Below are positions 28,565-37,789 of a stretch of DNA of 64,000 nt, piece after piece. Source of the stretch: an uncultured Bacteroidales bacterium (lineage in GTDB: Bacteria > Bacteroidota > Bacteroidia > Bacteroidales > VadinHA17); assembly GCA_963816345.1 (NCBI GenBank), contig CAWFKI010000005.1, positions 607,572 through 671,571 on the forward strand, read 5' to 3'. Each line of letters begins with the position of its first letter. Position 1 is the first letter of the stretch. Under the pieces are notes generated by a model. That model worked only from the letters and a program-made list of their open reading frames with translations, had not been told where the DNA came from and did not search any database. Made by a program: the position numbers and the translations under genes.

Positions 28565-30220
28565 ATGAAGAATACGCATAAAACCAGGAAAGAGCTATTA
28601 AAAGAGTTGCGGGAATTGCAACAAGAGAATGATTCATTAAAAGCATTAAATACTGATGTTCCCAAATTTAATAACTCGGAGTCGGATCTGGTTGTTTCCG
28701 AAATGCGCTACCGGAGGCTTTTTGAATCCGCAAAAGATGGCATTCTCATTTTGGAGGCAGAAACGGGTAAAATTGTTGACGTGAATCCATATTTAATAGA
28801 TTTATTAGGTTTCTCTTATGAAGAATTTATCGAAAAAGCAATTTGGGAAATAGGTGTTTTTAAAGATATATTTTCCAATTATGATAAATTTTTAGAATTG
28901 CAGAAAGAGAAATATGTACGTTATCATAATTTACCACTTGTAACCAAATCCGGACGTAAAATTCATGTGGAGTTCGTCAGTAATGTGTATCTGTCTAATA
29001 ATAAAAATGTTATTCAATGTAACATTCGCGATATTTCCCAACGGATTGCAATTGAATCAGAGTTAATAGCAGCTAAAGAAAAGGCAGAAGAAAGTGACCG
29101 GCTTAAAACCGCTTTTCTTACCAATATGAGCCATGAGATACGCACTCCCATGAACGGGATTCTTGGATTTACCGAGCTTTTAAGAGAACCAAACTTAACC
29201 AGTGATGACCAACGGGATTACATTCAAATCATCCAGATCAGTGGGGCACGCATGCTTAATACTATCAATAATATTGTTGATGTTTCGAAGATTGAATCGG
29301 GACTCATCAAAGTTGTTATTTCCGAGACTAATATTAATGAGAAAACGAAATTCATTTATAAATTCTTTAAGCCGGAAGCTGATTTTAAAGGTCTGCAGTT
29401 CTCAGTTAAAAACAGTCTGACAACAGATGAGTCCTTTATTAAAACAGACAATGAAAAAGTCTATGGGATACTGACTAACCTTGTTAAAAATGCCATAAAG
29501 TTTACTTATGATGGCTTTATTGAATTCGGCTATGTGAAAAAGGGCAGGTATCTTGAATTCTTTGTTAAAGATACGGGTGTAGGCATTCCGGAGAATCAGA
29601 AGGAACTGATTTTTGAGAGATTCAGACAGGGTAGTGAAAATCATAACCGTGGTTACGAAGGCAGCGGACTGGGATTATCCATAGCGAAATCTTATGTAGA
29701 GATGCTTGGTGGAGAAATATGGTTGGAAAGCGAAGAAACCAAAGGCTCAACATTTTATTTTACTATTCCTTACATTGATGCATCGAATGAAAAAACAGAA
29801 ATAATAAATGCTGATACTACAGAATATAAAGGAGTTGAGTTAAAAAACCTGAAAATTTTAATTGTCGAGGATGATGAAATATCTTATTCGCTTCTCTCCA
29901 GAATGCTTAAAAAAATAAGTAAAGAAGTTTTACATGCAATGACAGGGGTTGAAGCCATAGAGGCTTGCCGGAATAATCCTGATCTCGATCTGGTTTTAAT
30001 GGACATCAGAATGCCGGTTATGGATGGAAATGAAGCAACCCGAAAAATCCGGGAGTTTAACAAAGATGTAATCATTATAGCTCAGACTGCATATGCATTC
30101 CCGGGCGATAAAGAAAATGCTGTTGAAGCCGGAAGCAATGATTATATTTCAAAACCAATTAATATGAGCCTGCTTTACGAGTTAATCAAAAAACACTGTA
30201 AAAAAATCAGTAATGAATAA
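28565..30220 (+). CDS. Hybrid sensor histidine kinase/response regulator (coiled coil, PAS, HisKA, HATPase_c, REC)
   Basis: It has a PAS domain (YRRLFESAKDGILILE), the H-box SHEIRTPMNGILG, the N and G boxes (NLVKNAIKFT, DTGVGIP, GSGLGLSI), and a receiver domain (ILIVEDD...LMDIRMPVMDG...K). Confidence 0.9.
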   Translation: MKNTHKTRKELLKELRELQQENDSLKALNTDVPKFNNSESDLVVSEMRYRRLFESAKDGILILEAETGKIVDVNPYLIDLLGFSYEEFIEKAIWEIGVFKDIFSNYDKFLELQKEKYVRYHNLPLVTKSGRKIHVEFVSNVYLSNNKNVIQCNIRDISQRIAIESELIAAKEKAEESDRLKTAFLTNMSHEIRTPMNGILGFTELLREPNLTSDDQRDYIQIIQISGARMLNTINNIVDVSKIESGLIKVVISETNINEKTKFIYKFFKPEADFKGLQFSVKNSLTTDESFIKTDNEKVYGILTNLVKNAIKFTYDGFIEFGYVKKGRYLEFFVKDTGVGIPENQKELIFERFRQGSENHNRGYEGSGLGLSIAKSYVEMLGGEIWLESEETKGSTFYFTIPYIDASNEKTEIINADTTEYKGVELKNLKILIVEDDEISYSLLSRMLKKISKEVLHAMTGVEAIEACRNNPDLDLVLMDIRMPVMDGNEATRKIREFNKDVIIIAQTAYAFPGDKENAVEAGSNDYISKPINMSLLYELIKKHCKKISNE

Positions 30221-32084
30221 GAACAGAGAGGAATCATTACAGTCAAACGAAGAAAAATTCCGGATAATAACGGAAAATTCGGCAGATGCCATTTTTATAA
30301 CTGATCAACAGGGAAAGTATACATATATCAATAAGGCAGCAGCAGAAATGCTTGGTTATTCATCAGAAGAGATAAAAAGCAAGACAATCGCAGATCTGGC
30401 ACCACCAGACAAAAGAAAGGAATATCTTGAGTTTTTTAAGCAGATATTAAGTGTCGGTAAGGGTTTTACTGAAATTGAACTTTTGAAAAAAGACGGCAAT
30501 TACATATCTGTCGACTTAAACATTGTTTTATTACCTGATGGTTTTGTATATGGAAGTTGCAGGGACATTTCCAAACGTAAGAAAGCATTGACAGATTTAG
30601 CGGAATCATTTCAGTTCAATTCACAAATCATTAATAGTATAGATCAGGGTGTTGTTGTTTATGACAGTAATCTGCGTTATTCCCTGTGGAATGCCTTTAT
30701 GGAAAAATTAACAGGAATTCCCGCTTTGCAGGTTTTAGGTAAAAAAGCCATTGAAATATTCCCTTTCCTGGAAGAGGCTGGCGTAATTAAAGACATTCAA
30801 AGGACATTAAATGGCGAGATCATCGATGCCATTGATTTTTCCTTTAATTTGCCCGATTCCAAAAAATCAGGTTGGGCATCACATAAAAATGTGCCTTTAC
30901 GAAATGTAAATGGAGAAATTACCGGGGTTATCGGGACCGTTTATGATATTACTGAGCGAAAGATGCTGGAAGAAAGCCTGAAGAGTACAAATGAACGGTT
31001 CGTCCTTGCAACTACTGCTGCTTCCATAAGTGTTTGGGAGCATGATTTTATTACAGACATTATTCAGATAGATGATAATTTTAATAAGATATATGGCATT
31101 ACTCAAAACAATTATCAAATCGGAATTAACCAGTTTAATGAATTAATTCACCCCGATGATTTTGATATTATTAAATTTAATATTGAAGAGGCAATAAAAT
31201 CGGATAAAAATATGTACTTTGAATTCCGGATTATCAGAACTGATGGTAATATCAGAAATATCAGCGCTTATGGCAGAATAGTAAAGGATAAAACTAATAA
31301 ACCTGTAAAGTTCATTGGTGTAAATACGGATATAACTGATATTAAGAACGCCGGACTGGCAATTAAAGAAAATGAGAGACTGTTGCTTCAGCTTAATGCC
31401 GATAAAGATCGCTTTATATCAATTCTTTCACACGATTTAAGAAGTCCGTTTAATAACCTGCTTGGTTTATCTGACGTTTTGAATGAAAATATCCGTCAAC
31501 TTGGAATTGACGAAATTGAAAAACTCGCAGAACAAATTAAAAAAACAACGCGAAGCGCTTTTAATTTACTTGAAGACTTATTGATGTGGGCAAAAACCCA
31601 GCAGGGCAGGATCCCTTTCAATCCGCAATTAATAAGTTTCAGGGATGTTTGTATGAATATTCTTGAACCACTTAATCCACTTGCTGATGCAAAGGTCCTC
31701 ACAATTAATTTTTCAGCGCCGGATGAAACAAATATATTTGCGGATATTGATATGATAAAAACCGTACTGAGAAATCTTGTGTCAAATGCAATAAAATTTA
31801 CCAACACCGGTGGTGCAATTAATATTATTGCTGAGGAAAATTCTGAAAATATTACTATATCAGTCTCAGATAATGGTATCGGAATAGCTCCTGGTGATTT
31901 GACGAAACTTTTCAATATATCTGAAGTTCTTTCAACAAAAGGGACAGCAAATGAGAAAGGAACAGGTTTAGGATTATTGCTTTGTAAAGAATTCATAGAG
32001 AAACATAAAGGTAAAATATGGGTTAAGAGTGAAGTTGGAAAAGGCAGTGATTTTATATTTACATTGCCAGTATTTACCCCGTAG
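30213..32084 (+). CDS. Multi-PAS sensor histidine kinase (three PAS/PAC modules, HisKA, HATPase_c), no transmembrane segment
   Basis: PAS starts are at FRIITENSADAIF, QIINSIDQGVVVYD and RFVLATTAASISVWE. The H-box is SHDLRSPFNNLLG, and the ATPase boxes are NLVSNAIKFT, DNGIGI and GTGLGLLLC. It overlaps the upstream kinase by 8 nt. Confidence 0.9.
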   Translation: MNKNREESLQSNEEKFRIITENSADAIFITDQQGKYTYINKAAAEMLGYSSEEIKSKTIADLAPPDKRKEYLEFFKQILSVGKGFTEIELLKKDGNYISVDLNIVLLPDGFVYGSCRDISKRKKALTDLAESFQFNSQIINSIDQGVVVYDSNLRYSLWNAFMEKLTGIPALQVLGKKAIEIFPFLEEAGVIKDIQRTLNGEIIDAIDFSFNLPDSKKSGWASHKNVPLRNVNGEITGVIGTVYDITERKMLEESLKSTNERFVLATTAASISVWEHDFITDIIQIDDNFNKIYGITQNNYQIGINQFNELIHPDDFDIIKFNIEEAIKSDKNMYFEFRIIRTDGNIRNISAYGRIVKDKTNKPVKFIGVNTDITDIKNAGLAIKENERLLLQLNADKDRFISILSHDLRSPFNNLLGLSDVLNENIRQLGIDEIEKLAEQIKKTTRSAFNLLEDLLMWAKTQQGRIPFNPQLISFRDVCMNILEPLNPLADAKVLTINFSAPDETNIFADIDMIKTVLRNLVSNAIKFTNTGGAINIIAEENSENITISVSDNGIGIAPGDLTKLFNISEVLSTKGTANEKGTGLGLLLCKEFIEKHKGKIWVKSEVGKGSDFIFTLPVFTP

Positions 32085-32163
32085 ACAAACTTTGATCCGT
32101 TACGAAACCGGGAAACTCAATCAATAAGGTACAACCACCACAATAACCTAAGACATTAAGAAT

Positions 32164-32379
32164 ATGAAAACAAAGCCTGATAAAGCGTTTCTTGATTCAA
32201 TGAGTAAAAACCCCGCCAATTGGAAAGGAATCTTCTATGTCAATCGCAAAGACCCACGGTTAATAGTTCCTAAATTAAATCCGTCACTTGGCTGGACCTT
32301 CAACTTTGCCAGTCCATATCCTTATATAACAATCGTTTGTGTTATCCTGATTATAATTGCAGCCAATTACTTTTTTTAA
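32164..32379 (+). CDS. Small membrane protein (DUF5808-like)
   Basis: 71 aa with the motif WKGIFYVNRKDPRLIVPK...GWTFNF followed by one TM helix. The family assignment is from memory only. Confidence 0.45.
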   Translation: MKTKPDKAFLDSMSKNPANWKGIFYVNRKDPRLIVPKLNPSLGWTFNFASPYPYITIVCVILIIIAANYFF

Positions 32380-32625
32380 CTTATTGGCCGGTTTTACCTG
32401 TCCATAGTCCCGGTTTTACCTGGCGATGGGGTCAGGTTATTCAAAGATGGCCTGCCGGAACAGAATTTGAAATTAATAAACTCAAAACAATTTGATTCAG
32501 GACTGATTCAGCTTCAGTACGATCTTGATGACAATAAAATTCAGCCCGGCCCGGATAAGGGCGGCAACTGACGTTACTGCCTTCAGCTGGTATTCAAAAC
32601 ACTGCCAGTCTGAAATAGAAAAGAT

Positions 32626-32667
32626 TTTGATAATTCTAAATTAGTATATACTTTTGTGGTATACTAA
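32626..32667 (+). promoter_or_regulatory. Bacteroidota-type promoter (TTTG, 19 nt spacer, TAnnTTTG) overlapped by an 8-bp inverted repeat, candidate toxin-antitoxin operator
   Basis: TTTG is at 32626-32629 and TACTTTTG at 32649-32656, 22 nt before the ATG at 32679. The inverted repeat TTAGTATA (32641-32648) / TATACTAA (32660-32667) brackets the -7 box. Confidence 0.5.
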
Positions 32668-32678
32668 ATAAATATACA

Positions 32679-32909
32679 ATGAAGACTCTTTCTCTCAAAC
32701 TCGATGACAATATCTTTGACGAAACCGAAGTTATCCTGACTAAGGTTAAAAAGTCAAGAAACAGATATATAAATGAGGCTGTTGATTACTATAACAAAAT
32801 CAATAAACGAACCCTGATTGCCAGAAAATTAGCCCTCGAATCAAGGTTAGTCAAAAATGAATCCTTAGCAGTCCTTTCCGAATTTGAAGAATTAGGGGAT
32901 GAAAATTAG
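32679..32909 (+). CDS. Ribbon-helix-helix (CopG-like) antitoxin
   Basis: 76 aa with an N-terminal beta-strand and two helices (LSLKLDDNIFDETE...SRNRYINEAVDYY) and an acidic C-terminus. It overlaps the toxin gene by 11 nt. Confidence 0.7.
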   Translation: MKTLSLKLDDNIFDETEVILTKVKKSRNRYINEAVDYYNKINKRTLIARKLALESRLVKNESLAVLSEFEELGDEN

Positions 32910-33243
32910 ACAATTCGACATCTGGATTGCTGACCTTGAACCTCAGCGTGGAACAGAAACTGGCAAAGTCAGACCTGTCCTGATAGTTCAAACCAACCTT
33001 CTCAAAGATCATCCTTCTGCTATTATTTGTCCGATCACAACAAATGTTGCCCCTGACAGCGATATTTTAAGAGTCCACATTAAAAGAGAGACTGCAAATC
33101 TGAAGCGTGACTCTGATGTGATGATTGACCAGATCAGAGCCATCGACAAAAGACGACTTACTTCAAAGGTCGGAGAGTTGCCCCGTAACCTGCAACAAAC
33201 AGTAAAAGAGAATATTAGAATAGTTCTTGACCTGGACTTCTAA
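32899..33243 (+). CDS. MazF/PemK-family endoribonuclease toxin
   Basis: It has PemK hallmarks: FDIWIADLEPQRGTETGKVRPVLIVQ, ICPITTN and MIDQIRAIDKRRL. Confidence 0.85.
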   Translation: MKIRQFDIWIADLEPQRGTETGKVRPVLIVQTNLLKDHPSAIICPITTNVAPDSDILRVHIKRETANLKRDSDVMIDQIRAIDKRRLTSKVGELPRNLQQTVKENIRIVLDLDF

Positions 33244-33254
33244 ATAATACATCA

Positions 33255-34565
33255 TCAGCGTATGGCAAACTTTTCGTAATGAAGCCTTTGTTTTGTTACT
33301 CCCAGCTTCCTTAAAGTCGTCACTGTTTTTAACATCATCGGCGGGGCGCCACAGATAAAGAACTGACCCTTCTGAAAATTATCAACATACTTTCTGATCC
33401 TTTCAGCATCAACATGTCCTTTTTCACCCTGCCAGTCATCCTGTTGTGACAAGATATGTACTATTTTCAATGATGTCAGTTCCGTAGCCATCCTGTTCAG
33501 CTCATCCTCAAATACGATATCCTTTTCCGTTTTATTCCCCCAGAGCAGGACAATATTCATTTTTAATTTTTTATCAAAGATGTACCTGATCATACTGATA
33601 AACGGGGTTATTCCTATGCCAGTGGCTATAAGTATAAGATCATCAGTATCGTAATTAAGGAAGCTGAATATCCCATATGGTTCTTCTATATAAGCATAAT
33701 CTGTAATCCGGGTATTGCTGATTGTGGATGTGAAATCACCTGCTGATTTAATACTGACAGACAGCCTGCTACGCGTGGGACTCGATGATATTGTAAATGG
33801 GTGCGATTCAGATATAATTCCAGCTCTGACAAGTCTTATGATCATGAACTGACCGGGCTTAAAATCCGGAAAATTTCCATTGAAAAAAAGAGTACATATA
33901 TCGTGATTTTCCTGAAGCACTTCCGCTACAGGATAAGGATGATTCCTGGTATGAATTCTCATGCGGACTTTATATACCAGTACTATCACAAAAATGCAAA
34001 ATAAGAACGACCAGAAAATTTTTAAAACAACTATAGCCCTGACGTCGCTGTCTATCAGGAAGCTATGAACAAACGCCAATGGAAACACTATATAAGCTAT
34101 TTTATGAACATTTTTCCAGGTTTCATATTTCAGGTTAAAATGTTTGTATATCAGGGCAGCTCCGGCAGCCAGGCATAAAAGAAGTAACGTTGTTTCCCCG
34201 ATTATTCTTAATGGAGTGAAAAAATGAAAATCCTTATCCTGCAGCCTGGAACCCGTAAAAAGCAATAAAGGATGAATTAAAATCAGTATAAGACCAATCT
34301 TTCCGCACATCCTGTGAATAATAAAAAGCCTGTCCAGTCCGATACCTCTTTCGATCAGTATTATCTTTGAGCTCAGTACATACTGTAACAATATAAAAAC
34401 AAACCCGGAAAGAGCGAAAAGCCTTCCTACGCTATGAATATATTTACCAGGCAGATTAACTACCGGTGATACTCCGGGTCCCAGTGTATGCAACCATAAA
34501 ATGGCCGGAATGCTGATGAATATCGCTATGCTAACAAGTAAAGCCTCTCTTTTTATATTTTTCAT
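33255..34565 (-). CDS. Ferric-reductase/NADPH-oxidase-family flavocytochrome (6-TM ferric reductase domain, FAD-binding domain, NAD(P)H-binding domain)
   Basis: The N-terminal TM domain has conserved His pairs (IHRMCG, IHPLL, HKIAY, FVHSF). The FAD motif is HPFTISSSP. The NAD(P)H motifs are ATGIGITPF and FICGAPPMM. Confidence 0.8.
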   Translation of the reverse strand: MKNIKREALLVSIAIFISIPAILWLHTLGPGVSPVVNLPGKYIHSVGRLFALSGFVFILLQYVLSSKIILIERGIGLDRLFIIHRMCGKIGLILILIHPLLLFTGSRLQDKDFHFFTPLRIIGETTLLLLCLAAGAALIYKHFNLKYETWKNVHKIAYIVFPLAFVHSFLIDSDVRAIVVLKIFWSFLFCIFVIVLVYKVRMRIHTRNHPYPVAEVLQENHDICTLFFNGNFPDFKPGQFMIIRLVRAGIISESHPFTISSSPTRSRLSVSIKSAGDFTSTISNTRITDYAYIEEPYGIFSFLNYDTDDLILIATGIGITPFISMIRYIFDKKLKMNIVLLWGNKTEKDIVFEDELNRMATELTSLKIVHILSQQDDWQGEKGHVDAERIRKYVDNFQKGQFFICGAPPMMLKTVTTLRKLGVTKQRLHYEKFAIR

Positions 34566-34724
34566 CCTGGGAATGAGATGATCTGATACGATTGGACAGT
34601 TACTTATTCAAAGTTAGTTAAAATTGTTACGGCTGCAGGGGCACAGGCCAGAAATACTTTATAATTTTAATCCGCAAAAATTTTAAATTAAATTGAGCTT
34701 ATTATTTAACCATTATACCCTGCA

Positions 34725-35792
34725 ATGACTCTTACAGACCTTGGACTTACCGACGGGATAACTGACTTCATAAAAGACAACAACCTTTCCGGTTTTGCAC
34801 TCGGACGGGTGACTCAGGAACACAAGGAGAGATATGTCGTCTCGACCGGTGAAAATGAGTATGATGCGGAAATAACAGGTAATCTCAGATTTTCTGCCAG
34901 TTCGAGAGCCGATTTCCCATCTGTCGGTGACTGGGTAACAATGACTATTTATGAACCGGACCTTGCGATCATTCATAAAATATTACCACGTAAATCAGTG
35001 CTTGAACGTCAAACCGTCGGAAAATTTGGAGAGAAACAGATAATCTCCACAAATATTGATGTCGCTTTTATTATTCAATCCATTGACCACAACTTCAGTA
35101 TCAACAGGCTCGAAAGATACCTGACTATCTGCTATTCGGCTGATATTGAGCCCGTACTTGTAATCAGCAAAATAGACCTATCTACAGAAAGCGACATCGT
35201 GAATGTCAGAAAGATGCTTGAAATAAGGGATAAAAAAGTGAATTATATTCTGCTCAGCAACCTTACCCGGCTGGGACTTGACCAGATACTCGGGTTCTTA
35301 CAGAAAGGAAAGACATACTGTGTTGTAGGATCATCAGGCGTCGGAAAATCCACCCTGATTAATAACTTATTAAACAAGAATATTTTAAAAACCGGGCATA
35401 TCAGTCAGAGTACAAATAAAGGACGGCACGTCACTGACCACCGTGAACTATTTGTTCTGGAGAACGGGGGGATCATTATTGATACCCCCGGAATGCGGGA
35501 ACTGGGCATGACTGATAATATCGAAGGGATTAAAACAACATTCCAGGAGATTTTTGATCTGTCGCTTAAATGCAAATTTCCTGACTGCAAACACGTTGAC
35601 GAAACAGGGTGCAAGGTGATCCAGGCTCTTGATGAAGGCACGATTGACAGAGATTCTCTCGACAATTTCATCAAAATACAAAACGAGCAACAGAGATTTC
35701 AGGCTACAATTGTTGAGAAGCATAAAAAAGACAAAGCATTTGGGAAGATGCTCAAAAACTATAAAAAAGACATTAAGAAAAATAATTTCTGA
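34725..35792 (+). CDS. rsgA: Ribosome small-subunit-dependent GTPase A
   Basis: It has a circularly permuted GTPase order. The motifs are VISKIDL, GSSGVGKSTLINNL, GRHVTDHRELF, DTPGMRELG, and the zinc finger CKFPDCKHVDETGC. Confidence 0.9.
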   Translation: MTLTDLGLTDGITDFIKDNNLSGFALGRVTQEHKERYVVSTGENEYDAEITGNLRFSASSRADFPSVGDWVTMTIYEPDLAIIHKILPRKSVLERQTVGKFGEKQIISTNIDVAFIIQSIDHNFSINRLERYLTICYSADIEPVLVISKIDLSTESDIVNVRKMLEIRDKKVNYILLSNLTRLGLDQILGFLQKGKTYCVVGSSGVGKSTLINNLLNKNILKTGHISQSTNKGRHVTDHRELFVLENGGIIIDTPGMRELGMTDNIEGIKTTFQEIFDLSLKCKFPDCKHVDETGCKVIQALDEGTIDRDSLDNFIKIQNEQQRFQATIVEKHKKDKAFGKMLKNYKKDIKKNNF

Positions 35793-35891
35793 ATGCTGAA
35801 TTTTGAAACCGGAATCTCACAATGGTTTTGAGGCAGGCATTCTTGAGGTACATTTGAAGACTGGCCACGATTGTCCTGTTGAAACTGGTTC

Positions 35892-36932
35892 TTAAGCTTC
35901 AAAATCAATCATTGCTTTCATTACCCCATCCTTGTATCCTGCCACCAGGTCAAATCCTTCTTTTGTCTTTTCAAAGGGGAACCGGTGTGTCACCATATTG
36001 GCAACGCTGATCCTGCCGTCCTTCATCATTTCCAGGGCCGAATCCACGCAATCGACCTGCCTGCGGATAAACTGAAGCGAGATCTCTTTCCTTCGTGTCA
36101 GTTCAACGTTCACCGACCAGTGGCTGAACTCCGGGATTCCGACAACTATCAGCCTGCCGCCCGGCTTAAGTACTTCGACTGCCTGGTCGAAAGCCTCCTG
36201 CTGGCCGCAACATTCGAAAACCAGATCCAGTCCGGTACCTGTCTTTTGAATTATCTCTCCCGTAACATCTTCAACCAGCGGATTTATTACGCCAGCGGCA
36301 CCTTCCTTAAATGCTATTGCAAGCCTCTGATTGATCTTGTCGGTAACAAAAATTGAATCTGCCCCGGCTGCCCTGGCTGCCAGCATGACACTCATCCCGA
36401 TAGGTCCGAATCCGAATATTCCCGCTTTCATGCCTTTGACATCACCTGATTTTTTCACGGAATAGACTCCGATTGCCAGGGGTTCCGAGATAGATCCATG
36501 ATCGGGTGTAAGAGTCCCGCCAAGAGGAAAGCAGCTCTCCTCAGGCATCACAATATATTCCATCAGGCAACCCTCAGCCTGTCCGGGACAACCAAGAAAT
36601 CTAAGCTTGCGGCAGGTGTGATGTCTGCCGGAAAGACACTGGTCGCATTCCCAGCAGGGCATTGCAGGGTCAATGGCAATAATATCACCCGCCTTAACCC
36701 TTTTCACAGCCTTGCCTGTTTCAACAACGATCCCGGCCCCTTCATGACCGACCGTAAAAGGATATTTAACAACCTGTGAGCCGATCTGGCCTTCGGTATA
36801 GTAATGAATATCCGAACCGCAGATTCCGACGACAGTAATTTTTATTTTTACATCAGTGGGATTTACCAGGTGGGGTTCAGGAATCTCCTTCATCTCCATC
36901 TCCCTGATCCCTGTAAGCATCATTGCTCTCAT
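35892..36932 (-). CDS. Zn-dependent medium-chain alcohol/polyol dehydrogenase (sorbitol/threonine dehydrogenase-like)
   Basis: The motifs are GICGSDIHYY and GHEGAGIVVE, the structural-zinc Cys cluster CWECDQCLSGRHHTC, and the Rossmann motif GFGPIG. Confidence 0.85.
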   Translation of the reverse strand: MRAMMLTGIREMEMKEIPEPHLVNPTDVKIKITVVGICGSDIHYYTEGQIGSQVVKYPFTVGHEGAGIVVETGKAVKRVKAGDIIAIDPAMPCWECDQCLSGRHHTCRKLRFLGCPGQAEGCLMEYIVMPEESCFPLGGTLTPDHGSISEPLAIGVYSVKKSGDVKGMKAGIFGFGPIGMSVMLAARAAGADSIFVTDKINQRLAIAFKEGAAGVINPLVEDVTGEIIQKTGTGLDLVFECCGQQEAFDQAVEVLKPGGRLIVVGIPEFSHWSVNVELTRRKEISLQFIRRQVDCVDSALEMMKDGRISVANMVTHRFPFEKTKEGFDLVAGYKDGVMKAMIDFEA

Positions 36933-37222
36933 ATCATTTCAGTTATTTAATTTAATATAAACAGACTTAATCAAACCCGTGGCCGGAAAGCTGCATCCAT
37001 GACTGCCCAGCCAACCACCGGCCCCCTGACCTTAACGCCGCAGGTCAGGTATTCAACGGTTCCGTCAATCAATGACATTACTTTATTTTGTATCATAAAA
37101 GTAGTGAAACAAATGTGATTTTTGGAAAGGCCGGATAATATCTTATTTCAGTTCACGGATAAAAATAATTAAATTCACCCTCTGTTTGAATATTGCATAA
37201 CATTAAGATATATTTTGAAATC

Positions 37223-37765
37223 ATGAGAATATTGCATGAAGCTACAGTAGCCGTTGTAGTTGATATTCAGGAAAAGTTGCTGCCACACATTTATGATGGA
37301 GAGAGTCTTCTCAGGAACTGTCTGAAGCTGATTGAGGGTCTAAAGATTCTGTCAGTACCGTTGATCTTTACCCAGCAATATACAAAGGGGCTGGGACCAA
37401 CAGTGGCGCCTGTCGTGAAGTTAATCCCGGAATTTGAGCATATTGAAAAGAACTCCTTCAGTTGCTGCGAAGAACCTGCATTTAAAGAAAGGCTGGCCCT
37501 CACATCCCGGAAAAATGTAATTTTGTGCGGGATAGAATCGCATGTTTGCGTACTCCAGACATGCCTTGATCTTATTGATACGGGATATACACCGGTTGTT
37601 GTTGAGGATTGCGTATCGTCGCGGAAACCTGATGATAAAGCAGTCGCAATAGAGCGGATGAGGCAGGAGGGGGCAAGGATCACCACCCTGGAGAGCGTTC
37701 TTTTTGAGCTTACACGAAGAGCCGGGACAGATACTTTCCGGAGCATCTCAAAACTGGTAAAATGA
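37223..37765 (+). CDS. Isochorismatase-family cysteine hydrolase
   Basis: The motifs are VAVVVDIQEK and LCGIESHVCVLQT (catalytic Cys). I preferred the start at the second Met of ORF 37193..37765. Confidence 0.8.
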   Translation: MRILHEATVAVVVDIQEKLLPHIYDGESLLRNCLKLIEGLKILSVPLIFTQQYTKGLGPTVAPVVKLIPEFEHIEKNSFSCCEEPAFKERLALTSRKNVILCGIESHVCVLQTCLDLIDTGYTPVVVEDCVSSRKPDDKAVAIERMRQEGARITTLESVLFELTRRAGTDTFRSISKLVK

Positions 37766-37789
37766 AATGCGGATTAAAAGATTTAAACG

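Noticed and set aside
31496-31996. 166-aa ORF antisense to the multi-PAS histidine kinase. Similar long antisense ORFs occur at 5755..6183, 5780..6253, 12437..12826, 25056..25448, 37291..37746, 48709..49110 and 51700..52050.
   Set aside because: All lie fully inside well-supported genes on the opposite strand and have no family motifs. These are typical shadow ORFs.
36971-37096. 41-codon minus-strand ORF (MIQNKVMSLIDGTVEYLTCGVKVRGPVVGWAVMDAAFRPRV) just upstream of the Zn-ADH gene.
   Set aside because: It is short, has no recognisable motif, and spans a hairpin (cctgacc...ggtcagg) that is more likely a regulatory or terminator structure. Evidence for coding is insufficient.
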